In this document: piece after piece, positions 38,898 to 47,053 of the stretch
How the letters are laid out: each line of letters starts with the position of its first letter
Position numbering within the stretch: position 1 is the stretch's first letter
Virus record (IMG/VR): IMGVR_UViG_3300045391_000912
Location: 1-64,000 of that record
DNA: 64,000 nucleotides
Origin: a virus
Strand: one strand, 5' to 3'
Made by a program: the position numbers and the translations under genes
Notes under the pieces: model-generated
What the model was told of the DNA's origin: nothing
The model's database searches: none
Seen by the model: only the letters and a program-made list of their open reading frames with translations

Positions 38898-39532
38898 ATC
38901 GGCTCCACAAGAATTTCACGCTGACTCCAGGTGTTGTCTCCACCCGAGTCTTTGTACTTAGCGGTGAAGGTCGTAGAGCCTGCGTTTAGACCCGTATAGA
39001 AAATGACCCTGCTGTAACAGGCGTAAGCCCCCGTGACCTTGGGGAAGAACGCCAGCGACTTGGAGTCGTCGGCCGCGATGGTGTTGGCCCCGGACACAGC
39101 GACACCCATCCGACCGCCGTCGTTGCTGTCCGCCTCGGACATGTTCGCGGTGATGGTGACCCTCGCCCGACCAGAAGGTTTGATCGTGACGGTCACGGAG
39201 GGGCCGACGGTGGCGCAGTCCACGTAAGCCGAGCCGTTGGTGCCCGGCTCCGCTGTGACGACACTGGCCCACTGCACCCCGGCGTAAGGATCCCCGGAAC
39301 CGCCCACCACAACCTCTGTGTCGGTGACCCGGAGGTCTACAACATCGTCCATCCGCAGCCCAGCCGGGGCGTAAGCCGGAACCACAGGTGTCGGGTCATC
39401 TCCGATGGTCACCTTGAGTGGGCTGGTGCTTACGACCTTGCCCCGACGGAAGGTGGGCTGTGGGATCTCCGAGACTTTGGGGGTCTTACCGGCGAGAGCA
39501 CGGCTTAGCTTGATGGTGTTGCCCGTAGCCAT
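38894..39532 (-). CDS. minor tail / structural protein (212 aa)
   Basis: ORF track. Assigned from its position after the large tail fibre gene. Confidence 0.6.
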   Translation of the reverse strand: MATGNTIKLSRALAGKTPKVSEIPQPTFRRGKVVSTSPLKVTIGDDPTPVVPAYAPAGLRMDDVVDLRVTDTEVVVGGSGDPYAGVQWASVVTAEPGTNGSAYVDCATVGPSVTVTIKPSGRARVTITANMSEADSNDGGRMGVAVSGANTIAADDSKSLAFFPKVTGAYACYSRVIFYTGLNAGSTTFTAKYKDSGGDNTWSQREILVEPM

Positions 39533-39544
39533 GGCTAAGCCTCC

Positions 39545-42500
39545 TTAGGTGCTGATCGTATCGGTGATGCGGACTTCCGTGCCTTCGTAACCCTTGTAGG
39601 TGGCCGTGATCGAGCTGCCGGTGTCGGTGAACTCCACGATGGCGTAAAGCTCGCTGACCACGGTGTCCGACTCGTGGGCGTTGTCGGGGTACTGCTGCTC
39701 GTAGCCCGCTCCACCGGCCTTGACCTTGGTCGTGTTGTGGAGTGGTGCACTCTGCCAAACCTTGTCGTAGCCGTACTGGTTCGAGCCGGTGGCCAGCGAG
39801 TGCGTGTCACCGTTGAGGTACAACACGGTGGCCGAGGAGGCGCTAAGGGCGCTCGCAAGCTCGTTCCGCTCGGTGTCGTAGCCCCGCCATTCGTCCTGTC
39901 CGGCCTCCTTGGGACCAGGGATCTGCCCGTCTCCGAAGACGACGATCATCGGCTCCGAAGCGGTGGACAGGATGTTCTTGAACCAAGCCTTCTGGGTGCT
40001 GCCCAGCATGGTCTTGGAGCTGTTGTCCGTGGCGGTAAGGCTGGACTTGAAGCTAAGCATGTCGAGCAGGACGAACCTGACGCGCCCGACCACCCATGTT
40101 CGGTAGATGCCCGTGGTCGGTAGCGTCGCGTTCTGCACACCCGGCCCGCTGGATCCCCACTTGGTGCGGTAGGCCGTGTTGAAGTTGTTGACGAACGTGG
40201 AGCCCTTCTCCACACCGGTCGCGTTGTTTGCGTAACCGAAGTCGTGGTCCGACACACCGACGATGATCGGGTTGGGTAGGGCTGCGATGAGCGCCGCGAA
40301 GTTGCTGTAGCCCGTCTGCCGGTTCCAGTCCGCGACCCAGTCAGGTGTGGCGCCGTCCTTGTACCAGAAGTCTCCGAGGATGGCGAAGTAGTCGGGCCCG
40401 GCGTTCTTGATGTGCGTAAGCGACCCGGCCGCCGAGGCGTTGGCGTTGATGCAGGCGCCGAAGGCCACCGTGAACGAGGTGGTGTCCCCGCCGCCGATGG
40501 TGTCCGAGTCGTAGACGGGATCCGGGCCGCCGGGGTAGTAGCTGCCGAGCTTCTTGAACTCAGCCGCCGCGTAGTCCGAGCTGGATTCCGAACCGGTGCT
40601 CTGCGGGTACGTACCGACCTTGAAGTAGCCGTTACCCGAGTGCGTTACCCCGGTGACGGAGGTAGTAGTGGCCCCCGCAAGCGTCGGATCAGTGCCCGCC
40701 TTGTGGATGATGTTCAGCGTGCTCGACCCGGTCACCATGATCCGGACCGTCAGCCAGTCCCCCTCGGTGTAATTACCAAGAGCGACGAAGGATCCGCCGT
40801 TCTTGTTGTAGCCGTACTTAAGCGTGCCGCTGACGACTTCCGTCTTGATCTGGAGCACGTCGTCGGAAGCGTCGTGGATCTGCATTCCCGAGCAGCGCTT
40901 GAGCGAGTTCGGCAACTTCGTCCAGCGGAGGCAGACCTGGACCCCGTAACCGCTGGTGAACGGCCACCCGGTAGTTCCGGTGCCGTTGGTGTCCATCTGC
41001 CGAAGCTCGGTACGCGGGTTGGAGCTTCCCGAGGTTGTAGGCGCGTCCAGGGAGATCCGCATCTGCACAGCGGTGTTGTCGCTGGTCATGCAGAACTCGG
41101 GCGACTGGGTGTAGCCACCACCGATCTGCGCCTGAGACTTCTCGATGATGGACGAACCACCCGAGATACCGGTCTGGACCTTGAAATGATTCAAGTTGCC
41201 ATTCGTGCCGATCTTCAGGCACTCACCGGGCGTGGAGTAGGTCCGTGGGATCGTTCCACCCGAACCGCCGCCTGTGTCCCCGTCCAGGCCACCGACACCG
41301 CCGCCTGTGGGTTGCGACTGGTCGAGCTTCTGTCGTCGCCCAGCGTAAGGAACGTCCTGGTCGACCCCGAAGTTGATCTGGAACGAGTCCAGGAGGTAGT
41401 TGGCGTTGAGCCCGGCCGCCTGTCGGTCGACGGTGTAGATGTCGCCCTCGACCAAGGCCGGGTTCTGGACCGCGCTGATCTCTACGGTCTCTCCGGCGCC
41501 CTTGAGCTTGAGCAGGTAGCCCTGCGCCATGGTCAGAGCATCGCCCGTGGAGGTTACGAGCTTGGAGACGAACCGCTTGACCCGCTTACCGCCTGTGCCG
41601 AGGTAGTAGGTGGGCGAGCGTGGGTCGTTGTCGGCCGCCGAGGCGCTTACCGGGACGATCGGGGTTCCGTCGGGGTTGGTGGCGCTGGACTCGCCCGACA
41701 CGACGATGTAGTTGAAGCTCTCCGACCGAGTCAGCTTGCGCATGACCCTGGTCATGACCGGCCGCTGCTTGTCCGAGAAGGTGAAGACCGACGGCTGGAT
41801 CGAAGGGTCCGGGAGCGGCTGAAGGACGTAGATCCCCCGCCAGTCCATGAACAGTTCCATGCCGCAGAAGGCCGCGCACTGTTGAACGTCCGCTAGCGGG
41901 TTGTTCTGCGCGTTAGCCCCGAAGGTAAGCGTGGCCGGAGCGACCATCTGCGTCGAGGCGAAGTCGAACTGGGCCGAGGGGTCGCGGTCCAGGATGACTT
42001 GCTTGATGACATCGCCCATGTTGGTGCCGGACGGGAAGGTCCGTACCGATTCCCAGGCGTTCTCCTGGAGCCGGAGGCTTAGATCCTGGCCCTCAAGCTC
42101 GATCTGGACGCCGTCAGGCCCGTCCGTGATGGTTGTGTCCGTGATCAGGAAGACCCCGGCCTGCACCATCTCGTCGTAGCTCTTGTCGGTGTCGATGTTG
42201 ATGTTGAGCTTGTCGACAACCGGCGATTCAGCCGTTCCGGACGCCTTCCTCAGCAGGATCCGGTAGTTAAGGGCCTTAGCGACGCTCGTACGCGGCACCA
42301 GGTTCGGGATCGACTCGCCGTTGGAGGCGTCTTCCCAGGTCGCCCCGTTGTTCACCGAGGTCTGCACCGTCACCGACGAGCCCGGCGGAAGCGACGTCAC
42401 CTCCCACGAGATCGTGGACCAGATGACCGGCTGCCCGCTTGGGATCGGCTTAGGGTCTCCCAGCCATGTGGCGGTGGCCGACAGGCGGTGCGGTACGACG

Positions 42501-43726
42501 AGACCCGACGGCGCCAACGAGCTGCTTAGCAGGTACGTGACGCTCTTAGGCTTCAGGACCCCGGTCGGCGTGATCGAACCCTTGCCGGTCGCGTTCTTGA
42601 TGACCGTCTTGGAGATCGAGCCCGAAGGGGCGCTGGATCCGGCCGCTGGGCGGTTGACGATGTGCGCGGGCGGCGCCGAGCCGGTTGGTGTGGTGGATCC
42701 GGTGAACTTCGCCTTGGTGATGGCCTTAGCCACCGTGCCCGATGGTGTGGACGAGCCCTTGACGCTGTTCTTGACCGCGCTGAACGGCTTGATCGTGCCG
42801 CTGGATGTGGTCGAACCGGTCCGCGTCGGCAGCAACACGACCTTGGTAGGTGTGACGGTGCCGCTAGGCGTGCTGGATCCGGTCCGCTTGTCCTTGGTAA
42901 CGGCCTTGGTGATCGCACCCGTAGGTGTGCTGGAGCCTAGCTGCGTGTTCTTGACCGAGGTCTTAGCCGCGATCGTCGCACCGGGCGTTGTGGAGCCTGT
43001 GCGGGCGCTCTTTTGAACTTGCTTGCCTGCGATGGAGCCTGCGGGCGTGCTGGAACCGGCCGTGTTCTGAACGGACTGGTTTTTAGCAAAGATTTCGGCG
43101 GTTACCCAGTTGTTGGCGGGCGTGCCTGTGCTGGAAACGCTGAAAGTGGCACTACCACCAGCGGAACCAAGGGTCTTGTAACCCACGATTCCATTTGTGC
43201 CGTTGCTGGTGTCGTGATTGCTGAAGTTAGTGGTACCCGTAGCTCCAAGGGTGCCGCCGTTGTTGTCTTCCGCGACGACGACACCGAGCGAGCCTGTACG
43301 CCCGATCGTGAAGCCGGTTGTAGTGAACGAAGTCGAGTTGTTGCTGCCATCGGTGTGGCCACCGGTCTGCGTGGCCGTGTCGGCACCTGTGAGCACTAGC
43401 AGCTTAAGCCCGACGCCGGAGCTGCTGGCGCCGCCGACCGTCGTGCTTACGGTCAGTCCCGTACGTCCGTGCGCTCCTGGCAGCTTGGCGACCCAGATAG
43501 CGCAGGCGCCCTTCTTGCCTGCTACGGAGTTAATGAACTCCAACTGGGTCCAGATAAGGGCTGTTCCGTTGTTACTGATGGACAGTGTTGTGCCTGATTG
43601 CGCGGTCGAGCTGAAGGCGCACGCAACCAGTACAACGTCGTCGGGAGGTGTGAAACTGGCGGTAGTCGCCGTAAAAAAGAGATTGGTGACTAGCGCCGGA
43701 GAGGACGCATCTACGGCAATGGCCAT
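39545..43726 (-). CDS. large tail fibre / minor tail protein with a PL7-like lyase module and a C-terminal PhoD-like phosphoesterase
   Basis: 1393 aa. About nine 20-aa GSSTPSG repeats. PL7-like TELRQM, MQIHD and YFKVGTYPQS. PhoD-like FAILGDFWY, VSDHDFGYANN, RFVLLDMLSFKS, DEWRGYDTERNEL and YLNGDTHS. Confidence 0.8.
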   Translation of the reverse strand: MAIAVDASSPALVTNLFFTATTASFTPPDDVVLVACAFSSTAQSGTTLSISNNGTALIWTQLEFINSVAGKKGACAIWVAKLPGAHGRTGLTVSTTVGGASSSGVGLKLLVLTGADTATQTGGHTDGSNNSTSFTTTGFTIGRTGSLGVVVAEDNNGGTLGATGTTNFSNHDTSNGTNGIVGYKTLGSAGGSATFSVSSTGTPANNWVTAEIFAKNQSVQNTAGSSTPAGSIAGKQVQKSARTGSTTPGATIAAKTSVKNTQLGSSTPTGAITKAVTKDKRTGSSTPSGTVTPTKVVLLPTRTGSTTSSGTIKPFSAVKNSVKGSSTPSGTVAKAITKAKFTGSTTPTGSAPPAHIVNRPAAGSSAPSGSISKTVIKNATGKGSITPTGVLKPKSVTYLLSSSLAPSGLVVPHRLSATATWLGDPKPIPSGQPVIWSTISWEVTSLPPGSSVTVQTSVNNGATWEDASNGESIPNLVPRTSVAKALNYRILLRKASGTAESPVVDKLNINIDTDKSYDEMVQAGVFLITDTTITDGPDGVQIELEGQDLSLRLQENAWESVRTFPSGTNMGDVIKQVILDRDPSAQFDFASTQMVAPATLTFGANAQNNPLADVQQCAAFCGMELFMDWRGIYVLQPLPDPSIQPSVFTFSDKQRPVMTRVMRKLTRSESFNYIVVSGESSATNPDGTPIVPVSASAADNDPRSPTYYLGTGGKRVKRFVSKLVTSTGDALTMAQGYLLKLKGAGETVEISAVQNPALVEGDIYTVDRQAAGLNANYLLDSFQINFGVDQDVPYAGRRQKLDQSQPTGGGVGGLDGDTGGGSGGTIPRTYSTPGECLKIGTNGNLNHFKVQTGISGGSSIIEKSQAQIGGGYTQSPEFCMTSDNTAVQMRISLDAPTTSGSSNPRTELRQMDTNGTGTTGWPFTSGYGVQVCLRWTKLPNSLKRCSGMQIHDASDDVLQIKTEVVSGTLKYGYNKNGGSFVALGNYTEGDWLTVRIMVTGSSTLNIIHKAGTDPTLAGATTTSVTGVTHSGNGYFKVGTYPQSTGSESSSDYAAAEFKKLGSYYPGGPDPVYDSDTIGGGDTTSFTVAFGACINANASAAGSLTHIKNAGPDYFAILGDFWYKDGATPDWVADWNRQTGYSNFAALIAALPNPIIVGVSDHDFGYANNATGVEKGSTFVNNFNTAYRTKWGSSGPGVQNATLPTTGIYRTWVVGRVRFVLLDMLSFKSSLTATDNSSKTMLGSTQKAWFKNILSTASEPMIVVFGDGQIPGPKEAGQDEWRGYDTERNELASALSASSATVLYLNGDTHSLATGSNQYGYDKVWQSAPLHNTTKVKAGGAGYEQQYPDNAHESDTVVSELYAIVEFTDTGSSITATYKGYEGTEVRITDTIST
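42530..43057 (-). repeat. about 9 tandem ~60-nt (20-aa) coding repeats in the tail fibre
   Basis: Units of the form GSSTPSGT(I/V)xKxVxKxxxT. Confidence 0.8.
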
Positions 43727-43780
43727 CAGACAGCGTCCTCTCCGTACAAACTACTGAAAACGATCACACCCTTACGGGGG

Positions 43781-44524
43781 TTAGCTGCCAGCGGGGATCG
43801 TCAGCTCGTAAGGGACCTGAAGCGAGTCGGACGCCGCTAGACCTACCGATGTGAACACCGAACGGTCCAGGAGCACACCGCCGCCGGTAGCCGCCTGGGA
43901 GAAGACGCCATGCTCGGTGATCGAGGCGGAAGCGTCCACGGTGATCGTGCCGACGGTCCGGTAGATGTTGGCGGAAGCGCCCTCACCCTGCGTACCCGTG
44001 GCCCGAGTCGAGTCCGGGTTGTACTGAGTGGTCAGCTCAGTCTGTAGCGCGGTGTCGGAGCTGGCCTCAGCGTTCGTGCCAGTGCCGATGCCGTGATACT
44101 TGAAGTTCTCCAGCTCCGTGAGGTTCTGGAAGGCATCGACCATGTACCCGACACCGGCTGTAGTGACTACGCGTAGTGACGCTAGGCCGTAGTCCGTGAT
44201 GTCCCCGGTCTGCCCGTCGATCTTCCGCAGCCACACAGCGCCGTAGAAGGTCGGAAGTTTAAGGACACGAGCCGCAAGCACGGTCCGAGCGCCTCGCCAC
44301 AGGTTCTTGGCGTTCTTAGCACGCCATACGTTGACCTCGCGGCTAAGACCCCGCTGTGGGAGCCCGTGGCGGATGATCTCCCGGAACTCCGGGTCTCCGC
44401 ACTTCACGATGTCGTCGCCAGGCCGGAAAGCCAGAATGTCGGCGACGGATAGACCGTTTCCGGTACCGCGAACGAAGGTGGCCCCCCGCCCGTCAGTTAC
44501 GGTTTGGATCGCTGCTGCGTTCAC
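43781..44524 (-). CDS. minor tail / structural protein (247 aa)
   Basis: ORF-track frame 43781..44653 trimmed to GTG 44524, which overlaps the upstream stop (GTGA). Confidence 0.6.
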   Translation of the reverse strand: MNAAAIQTVTDGRGATFVRGTGNGLSVADILAFRPGDDIVKCGDPEFREIIRHGLPQRGLSREVNVWRAKNAKNLWRGARTVLAARVLKLPTFYGAVWLRKIDGQTGDITDYGLASLRVVTTAGVGYMVDAFQNLTELENFKYHGIGTGTNAEASSDTALQTELTTQYNPDSTRATGTQGEGASANIYRTVGTITVDASASITEHGVFSQAATGGGVLLDRSVFTSVGLAASDSLQVPYELTIPAGS

Positions 44525-44742
44525 TGGGAATCTGCCTCTCGGACGATGGCGGTCCGCGAACCGCAGTTTGTGCACTTGAATACGACTCGCCAGCCGGTGA
44601 TCTTCTGCTGTCGGCCGGGCAGGGTCAGGTCCGGTTCCGTGATCGCGTCCCACGCATCATCTGCGGGTTCCCCGATCCTGTTGTCGAAGTTGCACTTAGC
44701 GCAAACGACGCTGCGAGTGCCCTCTTCTGCTGGAACTGTCAC
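44521..44742 (-). CDS. small zinc-ribbon protein (CAKC...CTNC)
   Basis: ORF track. Confidence 0.55.
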   Translation of the reverse strand: MTVPAEEGTRSVVCAKCNFDNRIGEPADDAWDAITEPDLTLPGRQQKITGWRVVFKCTNCGSRTAIVREADSQ

Positions 44743-44786
44743 GGTGTGGCTCCTATACGGTTTAGCGCGCGGGTAACAGGCTTAGC

Positions 44787-45161
44787 TTAAGCGATGGAGA
44801 TAGAACCATCCTCGTTAACCGCGATATCCGTAAGCGTCCCTTCGTTCCACTGGTCCGCCGTGTCCACCGCGATGACGATTTGCTCCGTACCGACGTGCTC
44901 AACACCCGTTTCCGGGATCAGCAAAGTCCCCGAAGTCGGGTTGAAAAGGTCCGCCGCACCCTGAGGGGTGTACTTACCTTCCTCATCGATGATCGTGAAC
45001 GTGCACCGTCGCCGAATGGACTGTGCGCTGTCCACCGTGACCGTGCCCGACACCGGGACTAGCTCATCAACGATCACGCCGTTGACCTGGACCTTAAGCT
45101 TCCGCTTAGCCTTGTGAGGCCCTGAAACCACATCCAGGAACTCCGGCGTCACCGGGATCAT
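44787..45161 (-). CDS. minor tail protein (124 aa)
   Basis: ORF track. ATGA-type overlap with the upstream gene. Confidence 0.6.
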   Translation of the reverse strand: MIPVTPEFLDVVSGPHKAKRKLKVQVNGVIVDELVPVSGTVTVDSAQSIRRRCTFTIIDEEGKYTPQGAADLFNPTSGTLLIPETGVEHVGTEQIVIAVDTADQWNEGTLTDIAVNEDGSISIA

Positions 45162-47053
45162 TGGGTCACCGCCGCGAGAGGTACGGAGGGGTCACGTGGT
45201 GGCTTCACCTCGATGTAGCCCCACGACAGGATCCGGAAGTCAACACCTGTGTCCCCGTCGGTGTGCCACGACCACTTAGCCTCGCCCTTAAGCCGCACCC
45301 AGTACTGCTCCCCGTTCGGGTACTGGAGAAGCAGAGTGTGCCGTTGGGCCCGGATTGCCTTCCATTTCTTCCACGATTCGTCATCGGGGTCGATGAACAG
45401 AAGCTTGCTGTCTCCGGTAATGCCCTGGAGCGGACCGTCCACCACGATCGGATAAGCCTTGTCTCCGTTGGCCACGAGCGGAATGTGGATGCCCTGCGCA
45501 CCCTCTTCGCTGGGATCGTCGTCCATCCAGCCGATGGGTTGGTTCAACGAAGGTGCGTACGGATCCTTGAGCGCGAACTCGTGATACGTAGGCACGGCCT
45601 TGGCGATGTTGGACTCGTCCGAAGCCACCTTGATGAGCCCGACGGTGGCGTACGCAAGCGCCTTGTACCAGCGGTTCTGGTTAAGCGGCGCCAGGTAGTC
45701 CACACGCACGGCGGAACCGTCGATAGCGCTCGCTGGGACCTGCCATCCACCCCAGATGAGCTGCCACGAGTTGCCCGAGTCGTCTGAGCTGTAGATGTTG
45801 TAGGTCTCCACAGCCGGAGCGCCTGGTGTGGCGGTCGGGATCAGGTCCAACTGCACCGAGTTGAGCGCCGGGTTCGGTGTGGCCATCAAGATCGGCACCG
45901 GTGGCCCTTGCACGGCGATGGTGAAGTTGTAGGCGTCCCACTGGCTAAGCAGCTCCGGCCCATCCCACTGCTGCTTAGCGCGCGAGTAGACAACATAGTC
46001 ACCGTTAGGCAGGTCGCGGTTGCAGAGCCACTGGTTGCTGGTCCCGAGGATCCAGTTCAGGTCTCCAGGGCTCGCGGCGTACGGCGGTGTGGTGTCCACG
46101 TTGAACGAAGGTGCGGCGGCCTGCGCGGCGGTGAACACGCGGAACGCCACGGCCGCCTGTGGGTCGCTCTCGGTGTCGGTGTAGCTGATCGTGAAGATCG
46201 GCCGGGTCGTTGTGGTGATGACCGCCCGCGTCAGGGTCACAGAAACGCCGCTTGCCGAGGCTGTAGTGGCCGCAGACAGCGTTACGTTGGTCGCGCTGTT
46301 CACCGTAAGGATGGTGGTGTTCGCGGGGATCCCGGCGCCTGTGACGGTCGCGCCTACGTCCTTGGAGGTGAAGGCGGCGGTCGCGGAGGTCAGCGTCGTG
46401 TTGGTCGCGGTGACACCGTCAGCGAAAACCCGCGTCTCGGTGGGCCCCAGGATGGTCAAGACCGGGGCGTGGTTGAACTCCACGTCGATGTAGAACTCCG
46501 ACAGCTTGCTTAGCTGCGCGCTAAGGTCCGAGCGGCCGATGCGCCACGTCTGGGAGTTGACCAGGTCCCGCGTCCAGTTCGAGCCCGCCGGGGATCCGGT
46601 GTAGGTCTTGATCGTGACGGTCTGCCACGTAGCCGACGCTCCACCGGGAGGTGTGGGACACGGGAAGCTGAACAGGTGCCGGAAGAACTCGCTCAGGAAG
46701 TCTCCCAAGCCCTGAAGCGGGTCGGTGATGACCGTTTCCACGATCTCGCCCGTGAACCTGATGATATCGGTCAAGAATGAGCTGCCGCCGGACGGTGCGA
46801 CCTGGAGAACCTTAGCCCTTAGGGTCACCGCCTTGATGGCGCAGTCGTCCGGGATGTCCGAACTGGTCAGGTTGGCGATGTCGAACGTGGCGAAGTCGCC
46901 CGGTAGCTGAGACCGGGATGTGGTCGACAGGAACGTGAGGTCCGAGTCGTCGCTAAGGATCTGTGCGACCGTGGCCCCGGAGCTTGGGGTCAGAGCCCAG
47001 TTCCCCTTGGAGGATGGCGCTGTGGTGTCAGGCCGCCGTGTCACGATGCCCAT
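45158..47053 (-). CDS. minor tail protein (631 aa)
   Basis: ORF track. Immediately follows the tape measure gene. Confidence 0.75.
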   Translation of the reverse strand: MGIVTRRPDTTAPSSKGNWALTPSSGATVAQILSDDSDLTFLSTTSRSQLPGDFATFDIANLTSSDIPDDCAIKAVTLRAKVLQVAPSGGSSFLTDIIRFTGEIVETVITDPLQGLGDFLSEFFRHLFSFPCPTPPGGASATWQTVTIKTYTGSPAGSNWTRDLVNSQTWRIGRSDLSAQLSKLSEFYIDVEFNHAPVLTILGPTETRVFADGVTATNTTLTSATAAFTSKDVGATVTGAGIPANTTILTVNSATNVTLSAATTASASGVSVTLTRAVITTTTRPIFTISYTDTESDPQAAVAFRVFTAAQAAAPSFNVDTTPPYAASPGDLNWILGTSNQWLCNRDLPNGDYVVYSRAKQQWDGPELLSQWDAYNFTIAVQGPPVPILMATPNPALNSVQLDLIPTATPGAPAVETYNIYSSDDSGNSWQLIWGGWQVPASAIDGSAVRVDYLAPLNQNRWYKALAYATVGLIKVASDESNIAKAVPTYHEFALKDPYAPSLNQPIGWMDDDPSEEGAQGIHIPLVANGDKAYPIVVDGPLQGITGDSKLLFIDPDDESWKKWKAIRAQRHTLLLQYPNGEQYWVRLKGEAKWSWHTDGDTGVDFRILSWGYIEVKPPRDPSVPLAAVTQ

